Assembly (NCBI GenBank): GCA_026026165.1
Contig: JAPEUD010000011.1
Location: 186,001 to 250,000, forward strand
Origin: Sarea resinae
Taxonomy: Eukaryota
DNA: 64,000 bases
Direction of reading: 5' to 3'
Shown here: positions 63,112 to 64,000 of the stretch, piece by piece
Layout of the letters: each line of letters begins with the position of its first letter
Numbering within the stretch: the first letter of the stretch is position 1
Made by a program: the position numbers and the translations under genes
Notes under the pieces: model-generated
Told to the model about the DNA's origin: nothing
The model's input: the letters and a program-made list of their open reading frames with translations, nothing else
Databases searched by the model: none

Positions 63112-64000
63112 TCACTCTTCAGTCTCGTCCCAGCCCTCCTGCTCCTTTTCGAGCAGAGTCTTCATGGCCAGCTGATCGAAAATGCTCTCATCCTTTCCGG
63201 GCACCTTTGTCAACCCAGGCTCGAAGACGGGGCCGATCGAGTCAATCCACTTCTTACGCCTCTCCATCAACTGCTTCGCAAAGTCTCCGATACCGGGCTT
63301 GCTGATACCAGGTCCGCCACCAACGTAGTGACTCCCGCCTCCCGCACCGCCAGGTCTCTTCGCATGCTTCTTGCCCTTGCCCAGAGTGCGAGTGCGCTTG
63401 AGATAGGCTTGTTGTACTTGGTTATCCAGGTCGTCGCGAATCGTGGTGTATTCTTGATGGGCCATGCGCTCTTTTGCCAGATCTTGGATGCGTGCCTTGC
63501 GAGCGCCGTTGACAATCATCTGTTTCTTGAGTTCCGATTGCAAGAAGCGGAGTCGGGCAGCAACATCGTCGTCGTAGTGTGCATCGTAGTCGGGCTCCTC
63601 GGGGCCAAGAAAACCCATGTGGCGAAGCTCGGCCTTGAGACGCTCGTCAACTTCCTTGTGGTCCATTTTGGTGGTTGGCACCTTCCAGCCTGGTTGGGTG
63701 GAATCCGGGATAAAGGCCGCTGGCGGAAGAGGCTCGGCCTTGTTGCCTTCACCAGGACCTTCAGCATCTCCAGTTCCAAAGCCGTTCATCAAAGCCTCTC
63801 CGTTGGCAGCACCATTCGCACTACCATTGGTCGACTTGTCGTCGTGCGCAGCATCGCGGCCTTCGAAGCGCAAGGTGGAGAGAAGACGGCTGAGAACAGG
63901 TCCGGCAGAAACTGCTTCCGATTCGGCCACTTCGTCGTTCATCTGTTCGATACCGCCACGAGGCTGATTCGCCGGAAATTTCTCGGGAGCCGTAGAAGAT
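63112..64000 (-). CDS. NGG1: SAGA/ADA histone acetyltransferase subunit Ada3 (Ngg1), 3' portion
   Basis: GPVLSRLLS, VDERLKAELRHMGFL..DDDVAARLRFLQSELK..NGARKARI..ERMAHQEYTTIRDDLDNQVQQAYLKRTR (Ada3 C-terminal domain); continues beyond window end. Confidence 0.92.
   Translation of the reverse strand, partial: SSTAPEKFPANQPRGGIEQMNDEVAESEAVSAGPVLSRLLSTLRFEGRDAAHDDKSTNGSANGAANGEALMNGFGTGDAEGPGEGNKAEPLPPAAFIPDSTQPGWKVPTTKMDHKEVDERLKAELRHMGFLGPEEPDYDAHYDDDVAARLRFLQSELKKQMIVNGARKARIQDLAKERMAHQEYTTIRDDLDNQVQQAYLKRTRTLGKGKKHAKRPGGAGGGSHYVGGGPGISKPGIGDFAKQLMERRKKWIDSIGPVFEPGLTKVPGKDESIFDQLAMKTLLEKEQEGWDETEE

Noticed and set aside
1..64000. CRISPR array, intact transposon/Starship, secondary-metabolite cluster, TGA-CTA readthrough PTS1 extensions
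   Set aside because: No repeat-spacer structure, no transposase/RT/tyrosine recombinase/PKS/NRPS motifs, and the stop-codon contexts inspected lack the readthrough motif.

Overview
Gene-dense, intron-rich window from a filamentous ascomycete (Pezizomycotina-like; GT..CTRAC/Y..YAG introns, no prokaryotic features, no CRISPR, no tRNA/rRNA recognised). The conserved genes in order are RPB1 (5' part, -), SWD1 (+), a GT1/GT28 sterol-glucosyltransferase-like protein with UIM-like repeats (-), DUS3 (+), BAP31/YET (+), GWT1 (+), a KIN4-like kinase (+), a GH31 alpha-glucosidase (+), DUF1479/Gig2-like (-), NOC2 (-), a Rab4-like GTPase (-), a PSR1-like phosphatase (-), a PXA1-like peroxisomal ABC half-transporter (+), SDS22 (+), xylose reductase (+), NPR2 (-) and ADA3/NGG1 (3' part, -). 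Two accessory islands interrupt this. The first (~5.9-11.2 kb) holds a RIP-mutated pseudogene relic and a 4-exon, ~653-aa gene whose N-terminus (MPRIKQTARK) copies the histone H3 tail in register and whose C-terminus is a Cys-rich ADD/PHD-like zinc domain; this is the most interesting observation. The second (~55.7-60.6 kb) is microsatellite-rich and holds two small Cys-rich orphan genes. Exon boundaries were read by eye and family calls come from recognised motifs; no database search was run.
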